Assembly (NCBI GenBank): GCA_947479455.1 | Contig: CANJZE010000008.1 | Coordinates: 66,798-130,797, forward strand | Origin: Bacteroidota bacterium | GTDB taxonomy: Bacteria > Bacteroidota > Bacteroidia > Chitinophagales > LD1 | Reading direction: 5' to 3' | Length of the DNA: 64,000 nt | Part shown: in pieces, positions 9,515 to 18,148 of the stretch | Layout: every line of letters begins with the position of its first letter | How positions within the stretch are numbered: the first letter of the stretch is position 1 | Notes under the pieces: model-generated | Database searches by the model: none | Seen by the model: only the letters and a program-made list of their open reading frames with translations | Told to the model about the DNA's origin: nothing | Position numbers and translations under genes: made by a program

Positions 9515-11005
9515 ATGAGTTCTAATAATCTTCACATTCTTTCCAAATCCACTTTCGTCCGTGGCTGTATCTGCAAGAAAAGTCTCTGGCTGTCCAAACA
9601 CAGAAGAGATTTAATTCCGCCCACCCCCGCAGGTCAACAATTTATCTTTGACCAAGGCCACGAGGTCGGCAAACTGGCACGGCAGCTATTTCCTGGTGGT
9701 GTTGACGCAAGTTCTGCTACCCCGTTCGATTACCAACCATCTTTAGAACTTACCCAAAAACTTATTGCCGAAGACAGGCATGTAATTTACGAAGCAGCAT
9801 TTCAACATGATGGTGTGTTAGCGGCACTTGATATTTTGGTAAAGAAAGAAGATGGATGGCATGCGTTCGAGGTGAAATCATCCACGAAGGTTGCTGACAT
9901 AAATGTTACTGATGCAGCACTTCAATATTGGGTGATGCAAAATTCCGGTTTGAAATTGCAGGACATCTCAATCATCCACATCAATAACGAGTATGAAAGA
10001 ACCGGTGAAATTGAACCCGAAAAATTATTCAAAACCGAATCAATTCTTTATTTGGTTCTTGCTTTACAAGATGAAATTACGGAGCAAGTAAAAGAATTAA
10101 AGAGGGTTGCTATGGATAAAAGCTGTCCGGTTGTTCCTAACGGAAAGCAATGCACCACACCTTGGGCTTGTTCTTTCAAAGACCATTGCTGGAACGAATC
10201 GAAGGTGCCGGATGAATCTATTCTTGATTTCGATTTATACAGAAAGGAAGAACGCTTCAAATTGTTTCATTCCGGCATAAAGCAGATTGCAGATGTTCCT
10301 AATTGGGAGCTGTTGAAAGTTCCATACAATTATGTAGTTGAAGCACACCGGAATAAAGGCATTTATGTAGATGACATTCAACTTAAAAAATTCATGGAAG
10401 GCATAACCTATCCAATCTACTTCATGGATTTTGAAACTGTGCGCTTTGCGGTTCCTAAATTTAATAACTCCTATCCATACGAGCAGATACCGAATCAGTA
10501 TTCAATTCATGTTTTAGATAATGAAAATGCGGAACCGGTTCATCTCTCTTATCTGGCTGACCCTGCTAAAGAGTTCAGAATGGATTTTACAGAAACACTT
10601 CTCAAAGATTTAGGCAACAACGGAACTATTCTTGTTTACAATGTCTCCTTCGAGCGTTCAAGATTAAAAATGCTGGCATTTCTGTTTCCGCAATATGAAT
10701 CGCAAATAAACTCTGTAATAGAACGATTGTTAGACTTGGCATTCCCGTTCCAAAAAAAGTTTTTTTACGACCACAAATTTTCCTGCTCATATTCCATAAA
10801 AGATGTATTGCCGGTGCTTGCTCCTGATTTGAGTTACAAAAATCTGACCGTTAACAACGGTGACGATGCCAGCATAATATTTATGAAAATGATGGAAGAG
10901 CCTGATAAAGACTGGTCAGCCGAAAGAAAAAACCTACTCGAATACTGCGGATTGGATACTTGGGCGATGGTTCGGATTTTCCGGTATCTGAATACGATTG
11001 TATGA
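9515..11005 (+). CDS. DUF2779-type protein with an N-terminal Cas4/RecB-like nuclease region
   Basis: The 496-aa product has an N-terminus SKSTFVRGCICKKSLWL, a Cys cluster CPVVPNGKQCTTPWACSFKDHCW and a C-terminal FMDFETV... region, all typical of DUF2779 proteins. Confidence 0.6.
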   Translation: MSSNNLHILSKSTFVRGCICKKSLWLSKHRRDLIPPTPAGQQFIFDQGHEVGKLARQLFPGGVDASSATPFDYQPSLELTQKLIAEDRHVIYEAAFQHDGVLAALDILVKKEDGWHAFEVKSSTKVADINVTDAALQYWVMQNSGLKLQDISIIHINNEYERTGEIEPEKLFKTESILYLVLALQDEITEQVKELKRVAMDKSCPVVPNGKQCTTPWACSFKDHCWNESKVPDESILDFDLYRKEERFKLFHSGIKQIADVPNWELLKVPYNYVVEAHRNKGIYVDDIQLKKFMEGITYPIYFMDFETVRFAVPKFNNSYPYEQIPNQYSIHVLDNENAEPVHLSYLADPAKEFRMDFTETLLKDLGNNGTILVYNVSFERSRLKMLAFLFPQYESQINSVIERLLDLAFPFQKKFFYDHKFSCSYSIKDVLPVLAPDLSYKNLTVNNGDDASIIFMKMMEEPDKDWSAERKNLLEYCGLDTWAMVRIFRYLNTIV

Positions 11006-11032
11006 TGTTACAAGAATTGTAAGTAGGAGAGC

Positions 11033-11878
11033 TTAACCCGTTGCAATATTCCAAGAGATGCAGTTGAGTATTCCACCTTTTTTAGCAAGCTCATTGCTTT
11101 TTACAGTTACTATCCTTTGCCCATGGAATAATTCTTCAAATTTCTTTGTCGCCTTCTCATCTTCAGGGAAGTCAAAAACTGGAACGAAGACAACATTCTG
11201 CATTTCTAAATAGTTGATGTAAATTCTACAAGCACTGGTGTAAGGTTTGTTATCGTAAGGATTGTAAGGCAATTCTTCCCAATCAAGTCCCGCGTTATAC
11301 AATGCCGTTCGGAAAGCAACCTGAAATTCATCCTTATTTTTTGCATACCGGTTGATTAAAACCGTTTTTTCATCGAGGAATCTAACCATGCCATCAGCGT
11401 GACCGGTAAAGTCGTGCCGGTCTGATGGTATAACAATTACTCTGTCTACTTCAAGGAGTTTCTCCAATTCTCTTATGAGTTTTCTTTCATCCGGTTTAGG
11501 ATTCTCTTTAAAAATCCGGTCAGTTACTATTGCCTTGTTTTTGGACTTTACAACGTTCCCTCCATCCAGAATAATGTCGCTCTTAATTTCGGTTCTTATG
11601 CCTCTGGCTTTGCAGATTGATTCTGTGTCCGAGATAGACTTCACTCCGCTTTTGGTATTTCGCAAGTAGCCCGGATTGTAAGTAAAGGGGACAAATTTTT
11701 CTTTGTCAACTTGAATTGGCATATAGTCCCTCGACCAAACATCTTTCGTTCCTGGCAGCCACTTATTTTCAATACCATTTTCTTTCAAAGCTTTATCGAA
11801 CTCGTAAAAGAATGCTGGATATTTTTTAGGTAAGCAGTCAGCGAGATATAGAATATTGGTTTCTGAATCTACTACCAT
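11033..11878 (-). CDS. Peptidyl-arginine/agmatine deiminase-fold (PAD_porph family) enzyme
   Basis: Motifs DVWSRDYMP, LDGGNVV, FTGHADGMVRF, YINYLEMQNVVFVPVF and GGILNCISW (catalytic Cys) match the guanidino-modifying enzyme pattern. The preferred start is the ATG at 11878, which overlaps the upstream stop as TAATG. Confidence 0.7.
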   Translation of the reverse strand: MVVDSETNILYLADCLPKKYPAFFYEFDKALKENGIENKWLPGTKDVWSRDYMPIQVDKEKFVPFTYNPGYLRNTKSGVKSISDTESICKARGIRTEIKSDIILDGGNVVKSKNKAIVTDRIFKENPKPDERKLIRELEKLLEVDRVIVIPSDRHDFTGHADGMVRFLDEKTVLINRYAKNKDEFQVAFRTALYNAGLDWEELPYNPYDNKPYTSACRIYINYLEMQNVVFVPVFDFPEDEKATKKFEELFHGQRIVTVKSNELAKKGGILNCISWNIATG

Positions 11879-12534
11879 TATTGTGCTACCAATTTTGCGT
11901 CTAAGTGATTGAAGTAGCAATAATACTTTTCAAAATATTTCATCTCCTCTTCCGACTCAGGATAAAAAATATTGTGTCGTTTGCCTTTATAGATTGGTGC
12001 GTTCAATGAGTTTGAATGAACTTCAAGTCGGAGTGGTGAAGCCGAATCGAAAACGAACTTTCCCTTTCCAGTGGCCAGCCGAGCCACTTCTTCTATGCCA
12101 ATATTGTCTATGATTTCTTTTACAATATTGCTTATGCCTTCAGTGCATTTATTCGTTCCGATATTTTCAATCTGACGTATCAGAATTCCACCATAGTTCA
12201 TGTGTCTCTTATTCCCAAAAGTAATATCGAGTCCTCTATGCTTATTCTTCAAATAAGCAGCCGGTGTTTTAAAACGGTGAAAATACCACTCACCAAATTC
12301 AGCCTGCCGTGGTTCAGTCTTATATTGGTTACTGTGAGCATAAGGGTCGTGGTGGCGATAATGAACGCTGTCGAAGTAAAATTCTATCTCCTTTATCAGG
12401 AAGGTGGATTCACCGGCAACTAACTTAGTGTTACGCAGTAGTTCTGTCGCAATCTTATCGAATGCACTTTCCAGTTCAAGAAGCGGCAGAGTATCAACTG
12501 AAATGTCTGTAAGGATTTTTTCTAAATCTGTCAT
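11878..12534 (-). CDS. Hypothetical protein with motifs reminiscent of the AAG/Mpg 3-methyladenine DNA glycosylase fold
   Basis: The order IATELLRNTKLV...IKEIEFY...HHDPYAHSN...GEWYFHRF...GGILIRQIE parallels the Mpg pattern LLGK.LV...IVETEAY...DPASHA...YVY...AVLIRALE. This is an eye alignment only. Confidence 0.35.
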   Translation of the reverse strand: MTDLEKILTDISVDTLPLLELESAFDKIATELLRNTKLVAGESTFLIKEIEFYFDSVHYRHHDPYAHSNQYKTEPRQAEFGEWYFHRFKTPAAYLKNKHRGLDITFGNKRHMNYGGILIRQIENIGTNKCTEGISNIVKEIIDNIGIEEVARLATGKGKFVFDSASPLRLEVHSNSLNAPIYKGKRHNIFYPESEEEMKYFEKYYCYFNHLDAKLVAQ

Positions 12535-12564
12535 AATGAATTTTGGATTAAGTGTCCGTGAAAG

Positions 12565-14070
12565 CTATTTTGAAGTAAGGGCTGCAATTATTTTATCATA
12601 GCCTCCTATCATGTTATTCTCCGTAATATAGGGTTGTCTTGCATTCTTTGTATAGAGCAAGTTCGGATAGCCCTGTAATTCGGTTACTGCGTTGAGCCAA
12701 AGGTTCTTGCTGCGGGTAATAATAATTACAGCATCGCGCTTAATGGCTTCACGCACGAGGTGGAAGTTATATTCCTGTGTAGGGAGATATTTTTTACCAG
12801 CCCCAAATTCATTCTCGATAAATTTATGAGGAACGGATTTAAACTTCTTTGAAACGTATGGGAAGAACTGAATCTTACTTAGCTTTTTGCCAAGGACTTC
12901 TTTGCCAAAATATTCTTCTAATATCCGTAGCCTCTTTTTCCAATAATCCGAATATTCAGCGTATTCTTCATCCAAACAATACAAAGGACATTCGAACCGG
13001 TTACTGTGAGTTAGCTCTTTCAGAAACCAATCCCGATATTTTCCATAGAAGTCCTTCTCTTCTTCATTCTCGTCAAACCCCGGATTCAAAGTGAGCAAAA
13101 CAACTTTTGAATTGAATACATCTCCCATAAACGCAGCCGGAAAAATTTCCGTATGAATCTTAAACAATTCTGAATGTTCGTTCTTTAAAGAATTATTGAA
13201 CCGGTCAATTATTTTGGACTCGGCAGGATGAATAAAATAATCGCCTTGGTTGTAAGAGTTTAATTCAAACCAGGGATTTGTCATGGGAGATTTATTAAGG
13301 TAAATGATTTCGGTCAAATCTATTGCAAAGTTCATCAAGTGCTGTTTCCTTTTTTCAGAGGAATAAGCCAGTTCTTGCAAGTGCATATCCGGCACGTGCT
13401 TTTTGCAAAGTCTGAATTGTAACAGACTCATGCCCATTTCAGGAAGCCAATCTATATTCGCATCGCCTATTCGCTCAAAAATAGATTGGAGAAAACTAAA
13501 CAGATTGATATAGGTGTGAAGTAAAACATTCTCAGCTTTCTCTCTTCGAATCAATGAATTTTCGATTCGTTTATCATTAAAATCAATTCCGAAGAATCTT
13601 GATTGTATTTTGTATTTATCTTCACTTTTGCCGTTGTGTCTGTAATCAATATAGCTGGCAACTAAATTTTTAATGCTATAGGTCGGAATGACTTTGCTTT
13701 TAAGCAGAGAAATAAGTGTTTGAACCAATTCGTTTTCTGTTTTTCCATCGAACTGTTTAGAGATTTTGTAATTGACGATGTCCTCTGAAATCAGAAATGA
13801 CAACAAGTGAATCAAAGAACCTTTCAGATTATTTAGTATATGCTTATACCCTTCGGAACAATAATCTTGTTTGTATTCATTTATCAATTGTGGTAAGTCA
13901 TATCCGTGATAAACAATTTTTGCAAGAGTTCCTATTTTTTCATCCGGTGTGGTTGTCTTAAATTCATGGGAAAGGCTATCCAGAAGGGAACGCCAGTTGT
14001 CAACCTTTATAGTTTGCTCAACTACTTCTGTCAATCGCTCGGAGGGAGCTTCTAATTGTAATGTATTCAT
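12565..14070 (-). CDS. Hypothetical 501-aa protein; the C-terminal ~200 aa has a UDG-superfamily-like LNPG motif
   Basis: It is the first gene of the 14070->11033 operon. KVVLLTLNPGF resembles motif A of the MUG/SMUG families (GINPG/GMNPG), and later beta-strand-like segments are AVIIITRS and LLYTKNARQP. The N-terminal ~300 aa are helical with no recognised motif. Confidence 0.3.
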   Translation of the reverse strand: MNTLQLEAPSERLTEVVEQTIKVDNWRSLLDSLSHEFKTTTPDEKIGTLAKIVYHGYDLPQLINEYKQDYCSEGYKHILNNLKGSLIHLLSFLISEDIVNYKISKQFDGKTENELVQTLISLLKSKVIPTYSIKNLVASYIDYRHNGKSEDKYKIQSRFFGIDFNDKRIENSLIRREKAENVLLHTYINLFSFLQSIFERIGDANIDWLPEMGMSLLQFRLCKKHVPDMHLQELAYSSEKRKQHLMNFAIDLTEIIYLNKSPMTNPWFELNSYNQGDYFIHPAESKIIDRFNNSLKNEHSELFKIHTEIFPAAFMGDVFNSKVVLLTLNPGFDENEEEKDFYGKYRDWFLKELTHSNRFECPLYCLDEEYAEYSDYWKKRLRILEEYFGKEVLGKKLSKIQFFPYVSKKFKSVPHKFIENEFGAGKKYLPTQEYNFHLVREAIKRDAVIIITRSKNLWLNAVTELQGYPNLLYTKNARQPYITENNMIGGYDKIIAALTSK

Positions 14071-14142
14071 GACGCGAAAATAACTCCCGATTACGCAATG
14101 TATTTGCGTAGAGAAATGTTTTTCCGTATAGAGTAGTGAAAT

Positions 14143-14775
14143 TCAATTGTTCTTGAGCGTTTTCATGAACTCTTCCCTGCTGATAAATTTCGCTCCCATT
14201 TTTTGAAGGTGCTGCGTGTATACCTGGCAGTCTATCAGTTCAAATTTACCGGAACGGCACAAGGCAATCAAGGCGAGCTTCGAAGTATTCGGCAGTTTAC
14301 TGAACATACTTTCACCGCAGAATACCTTGCCCACTACCACACCATAAAGGCCACCGACAAGCGTCTCTCCTTGCCATACTTCGACAGACTGCGCAATTTT
14401 TTTATTGTGGAGACGGGTATAAGCGTCTTTCATATCATCATGTATCCATGTTCCGCTTTGGCCTTTGCGTCTGATACCTGAGCACCGGGTGATTACTTCG
14501 TCAAAGGCTGTGTTCCATTTAATCTCATATTTCGCGGACTTGATTTGCTGCCGCATACTATGCGATACTTTCACCTCACCCGGCACAATTACAAATCGTT
14601 CATGCGGACTAAACCAAAGGATAGGTTCCTCTTCTGAATACCAAGGAAAGATTCCGTTCTGGTATGCTAACAACAACCGTTCCTCAGATAAGTCACCACC
14701 AATGGCAAGCAAGCCGTCATCATCGGCAAGGGATGGTTTGGGGAAAATAATTTCATCGGTGAGTCGAAAGAGCAT
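14143..14775 (-). CDS. aat: Leucyl/phenylalanyl-tRNA--protein transferase
   Basis: LLAIGGDLSEERLLLAYQNGIFPWY...ILWFSPHERFVI...GGLYGV..G.VFCGESMF is the canonical Aat pattern, in a 210-aa product. Confidence 0.9.
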   Translation of the reverse strand: MLFRLTDEIIFPKPSLADDDGLLAIGGDLSEERLLLAYQNGIFPWYSEEEPILWFSPHERFVIVPGEVKVSHSMRQQIKSAKYEIKWNTAFDEVITRCSGIRRKGQSGTWIHDDMKDAYTRLHNKKIAQSVEVWQGETLVGGLYGVVVGKVFCGESMFSKLPNTSKLALIALCRSGKFELIDCQVYTQHLQKMGAKFISREEFMKTLKNN

Positions 14776-14812
14776 ATCGGAACGAAGATGAGAAATTGAG
14801 ATTAGATAGAAA

Positions 14813-15484
14813 CTATCCCAGCGTCACGCACACTCCGATGTGGTCACTCAGCTTTTTATCCTCATTCCAAACGGATGTCACCGGTTTCAGTGATTTCAAA
14901 AAAGAAACGGAGATGGCGATGTGGTCAATGTTCTCTGGGATATTCTGCGTCAGGTTTTCAACCTTTAACTCATTGAAACAGGAGTTTATCTTTTGCCGAC
15001 CATCCTTTGTATAGTAGTAGTTGTCAGCGAAGGAAATATTGAAGTCACCGGCTACGCAGATGTTTCCTATGCCGCAGATTCGCTCCCAATCGGCAAGCTG
15101 TTCATTGAGGTCGATATTGAAACTCTCTCTTCTATTGCCATGAATCCCGATGACAGTTCCGTATACATTCAAATCACCTATTGGTGTTCTGATACCGATG
15201 CAGATACTCGTGAAGCCATCGTATGTTTTCATATACCGGTTTGCGGGATACTTAGTCCAGATGGTCGTTCGGTTCTCGCCTTTTTTGTAATAAGGTTCGT
15301 CCAAGAGTAGCAGAGAAGCGGTGGCAAACGGATTGTATGCTTCACCTGGATGAATTATTGAACTCGTCTCCGTAAGGATTAAAATATCCGCGTCAACCTC
15401 TTTCAACGCGTCAACTATTTTCGTGTTTCTCGTTTTGGAAGAATCATTCGGTCGCTCTACGTTCCATGTCGCAATTTTCATCAT
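14813..15484 (-). CDS. Endonuclease/exonuclease/phosphatase (EEP) family protein
   Basis: Motifs IATWNVERPN, DADILILTET, VAGDFN and a C-terminal SDHIGV are EEP catalytic motifs. The gene is transcribed divergently from the RT gene. Confidence 0.75.
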   Translation of the reverse strand: MMKIATWNVERPNDSSKTRNTKIVDALKEVDADILILTETSSIIHPGEAYNPFATASLLLLDEPYYKKGENRTTIWTKYPANRYMKTYDGFTSICIGIRTPIGDLNVYGTVIGIHGNRRESFNIDLNEQLADWERICGIGNICVAGDFNISFADNYYYTKDGRQKINSCFNELKVENLTQNIPENIDHIAISVSFLKSLKPVTSVWNEDKKLSDHIGVCVTLG

Positions 15485-15588
15485 TATCTATTTATCACTT
15501 TCGATGGAAAGTAAGAGAACTTATTTCGCTACCGGAAGTTTTTTCGCAGGATACATCCTTCCACTCAATCTTATCTCTAATTTCAGGG

Positions 15589-15736
15589 AACATCTAAGGC
15601 GCGGAACATAGGAGGATAACAGCGTTGCTTGTCTCAGGTAGTTATCCGGTGCATTGAGAACCTGCTTTGAATGATTGCAATCTTTTGAGCAGCGTTGCTG
15701 CAAAATGCTTTTTAGCGGTTACCGGCCTTAGATGTT
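15589..15736 (+). ncRNA. Candidate structured RNA element immediately upstream of and overlapping the RT start
   Basis: A 12-bp perfect inverted repeat, aacatctaaggc (15589-15600) / gccttagatgtt (15725-15736), encloses hairpins ggataac...gttatcc (15614-15647) and gcagc-gtt-gctgc (15689-15701). The 10-mer cagcgttgct occurs twice (15620, 15690). Confidence 0.35.
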
Positions 15737-17510
15737 TTTTATGAGAACATACGCGACCTACTTCACCTACCCCAAAATCTTATTCGCACTCGTGGCGAAA
15801 AGGCTTGCCTTATCTACAAGAAGACACGATGAGATTTTTCTTAACAACATCAGCGTTCGCAGAACTCAAAAATTTGAACCATCGGATTCCGAGAAAATAC
15901 TTTCGGAAATATTCCCACCCCGAAATATTTGGGTCAGGGCGTCAAAGAAGAAGAGGATGAGCGCCACGGATAACCCTGAAAAAATCAGATTCCAAGAGTT
16001 ATTTACCACGGTGATGAAAGCGAGAGCAGAGGCACGGCAAACAGGTGTTGTTCCAGACTGGCTTAAAAAACTCAATTGCCTAATATCGGAAATCAGGGAA
16101 TCTATGATGGCGCCGGCATCGCTCGCAAAAATTAAACCAGCCGAACAAGCCTACCTTCTGAAAAATAAAAAAACGGCAGAACACCGCGTAATAGCCAGGT
16201 ATTCTCTTACCGACAGCATTATATCAAGCCTGGTGAGCGAATACCTAACGGACCATACAGATGCCGCACTGAACCGACCTTACTTCTCAGATAGCAGCTA
16301 CGCTTTCAGAAGCGCCAGACAGTCAAAGAAAGGCGGGCGGGTATTTAGTTATCATTCAGCCACCAGTGACATCGAGGAATACAGACGGATGAATATCGAC
16401 AAGGGAATCTACGTGGCTGAGGTTGACTTGGAGAAATTCTTTGACACTATTAACCACAGCGTCCTTTTGCATAGTCTCGAAAAAATGGTTGAACATTTCA
16501 GGTCGTCAGGGAAACCGCTGGACTATCGGGCGATTGAGATTGCCAGAAACTACCTCGGCTCTTTTAGCTTTAATCTGGATGCCTTGCCGAACGAAATTAC
16601 TGCCGAACGTGAGTTTAAATGGCCGGCTGCTAAACTGCAATCGTTAGGAGTGAATATTTATGAAGAGAAAGTTGGTGTTGCCCAAGGCGGTGCATTGTCA
16701 TGCTTTTTCGCCAACCTGATAATGCACGAGCTCGACAGCGTATTTCAAACGGGAGATTGCGACTTGAAATACCTCAGATACTGTGACGATTTTATCATCT
16801 TCCACACGAATCGCGACATGTGTCAACGGTATATTGACTTGGCGCGCAGGAAAATCCGGGAGCTGAAACTTATAGCTCACTCACCGGAGGACTACAATTT
16901 AGATGACTACAAAAAAAGAATACCGAAAAAGGGCGGCAGCAGGGATGTGAACGAATTCTGGAATTCTACGAAATCGAAAAACCCGTATAAATGGGGACAC
17001 TACGACACGGAGAACAGAATGAATGTGCCCTATGTTTCTTTTGTGGGTTATCAGCGTAGATATGATGGACTGCTCCGTGTCAGAAAGAAATCTTTAAAGA
17101 AAGAATACCAGAAGCAAAAGAATTTGGTGGACGTAGTGTTAGTGAGGATTGATTTGACCCTAAGTTCGAAAGTTAAACTCACCCGTAAGCAAATAATTTT
17201 TAGAACGGAGCAAAAGCTGATAGCGATGTCGGTTGGTAAGAAAAATGTCTTCAATGCAGGCAAGACGCTCGGATTCTGTTGGTGCAACGGATTCAAAGAG
17301 ATGAATTCGGGAGTGAAGAAATCCAATGCCCAGTTAAAATATTTAGACAGGTCACGCGAGAGACAACTGGGCCGGTTGAGAAATAAAATGAAGAGGCTGC
17401 CGCACAGAAAATCAAAGGGGCAAAAAGAGAAGAGTGTCATGCCTCTTCATAGTCCATTGACCAGCTACTTTACTTATTTCAATAAAACGGAAAAAGGACT
17501 CTCAGATTAA
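15732..17510 (+). CDS. Reverse transcriptase (stand-alone; group II-like/UG-DRT-like, class unresolved)
   Basis: RT motifs appear in order: RVIARYSLTDSIISSLV (1), YAFRS (2a), YVAEVDLEKFFDTINH (3/A), GVAQGGALSCFFANLIMHELD (4/B), YLRYCDDFIIF (5/C, YxDD), LKLIAH (6) and VSFVGYQ (7). The C-terminus is basic. The start codon is uncertain (ATG 15732 lies inside a 12-bp stem; the next ATG is at 15741). Confidence 0.9.
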   Translation: MFFMRTYATYFTYPKILFALVAKRLALSTRRHDEIFLNNISVRRTQKFEPSDSEKILSEIFPPRNIWVRASKKKRMSATDNPEKIRFQELFTTVMKARAEARQTGVVPDWLKKLNCLISEIRESMMAPASLAKIKPAEQAYLLKNKKTAEHRVIARYSLTDSIISSLVSEYLTDHTDAALNRPYFSDSSYAFRSARQSKKGGRVFSYHSATSDIEEYRRMNIDKGIYVAEVDLEKFFDTINHSVLLHSLEKMVEHFRSSGKPLDYRAIEIARNYLGSFSFNLDALPNEITAEREFKWPAAKLQSLGVNIYEEKVGVAQGGALSCFFANLIMHELDSVFQTGDCDLKYLRYCDDFIIFHTNRDMCQRYIDLARRKIRELKLIAHSPEDYNLDDYKKRIPKKGGSRDVNEFWNSTKSKNPYKWGHYDTENRMNVPYVSFVGYQRRYDGLLRVRKKSLKKEYQKQKNLVDVVLVRIDLTLSSKVKLTRKQIIFRTEQKLIAMSVGKKNVFNAGKTLGFCWCNGFKEMNSGVKKSNAQLKYLDRSRERQLGRLRNKMKRLPHRKSKGQKEKSVMPLHSPLTSYFTYFNKTEKGLSD

Positions 17511-18120
17511 GAGAGCCTTTCCCAAATTAGACCTGTCATGAACATCATTTATAGAGCAACGGAAGAGAAGTGTTTCATGTAAAGCTCCTAAGGATTACTT
17601 ACTCGCCCACACGCCTTTCCAACTGGGCGGACTAATGCAGGTGGGTAAATCGAATTGCCGTCAGCGCGTTGTTACAATTTTTGTAAGTGAGTTCATCTTC
17701 GGAATTTTCGTGAACCGTTGTCGGACGGTCAGCGCATGATTATTAAAGGCTTCGCCTGTGAAGTTCTTTACCGTCTCTACAAGAGTTAAATACTTTCATA
17801 ATTCTCCTTATACAGTGTTTAATCTTCCTTTGGAGCGAATAAGATGTGCAAGGGGGTTTGAAGTGGCTATGAAGTCGCGTTAGTGTCTTTACTGTCCGTT
17901 AAGACCTATAAAGTCCGTTAAGCGTATAAAGTGGTTTAAGATGTGTTAGTGTCTTTTCCTGTCTTAAAACCTTTAATGAATACAAACCCGTTTGAATGTC
18001 GTAAATATTTTATGCTCTGTCCAGCAGATTGTTTCGCTTTTTGGAAAAAATATTTTCGGTCGCATTAGGACGCTCCTGGTGAGCTCTGGCCGATTTATTA
18101 AGAGAATACCAGTATAAATC
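17511..18120 (+). other. ORF-free ~0.6 kb region downstream of the RT with hairpins and short direct repeats (candidate ncRNA or template region)
   Basis: The track shows no ORF of 60 aa or more on either strand in an otherwise tightly packed locus. Exact repeats are gttagtgtcttt (17879, 17945) and gtccgttaag (17894, 17913). Units tataaagtccgttaag and tataaagtggtttaag start at 17907 and 17925. Confidence 0.3.
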
Positions 18121-18148
18121 AAAACGGACGCCCAGGAGCGTCCGTTTT
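18121..18148. terminator. Bidirectional Rho-independent-type terminator hairpin
   Basis: Stem aaaacggacgc (18121-18131), loop ccagga, stem gcgtccgtttt (18138-18148): an 11-bp stem with A/T runs on both sides. It lies between the RT-downstream region (+) and the stop of the 201-aa gene (-). Confidence 0.6.

Noticed and set aside
15732-17510. The RT as the intron-encoded protein of a group II intron
   Set aside because: Only ~245 bp separate the ORF from the upstream EEP gene, too short for domains I-III. I found no domain V-like 34-nt hairpin with an AGC triad and GNRA loop in the 660 bp downstream. The protein has no HNH/En domain.
17879-17956. Short direct repeats downstream of the RT as a CRISPR array
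   Set aside because: The repeats are only 10-16 nt long, irregularly spaced and few in number. No cas genes are present.
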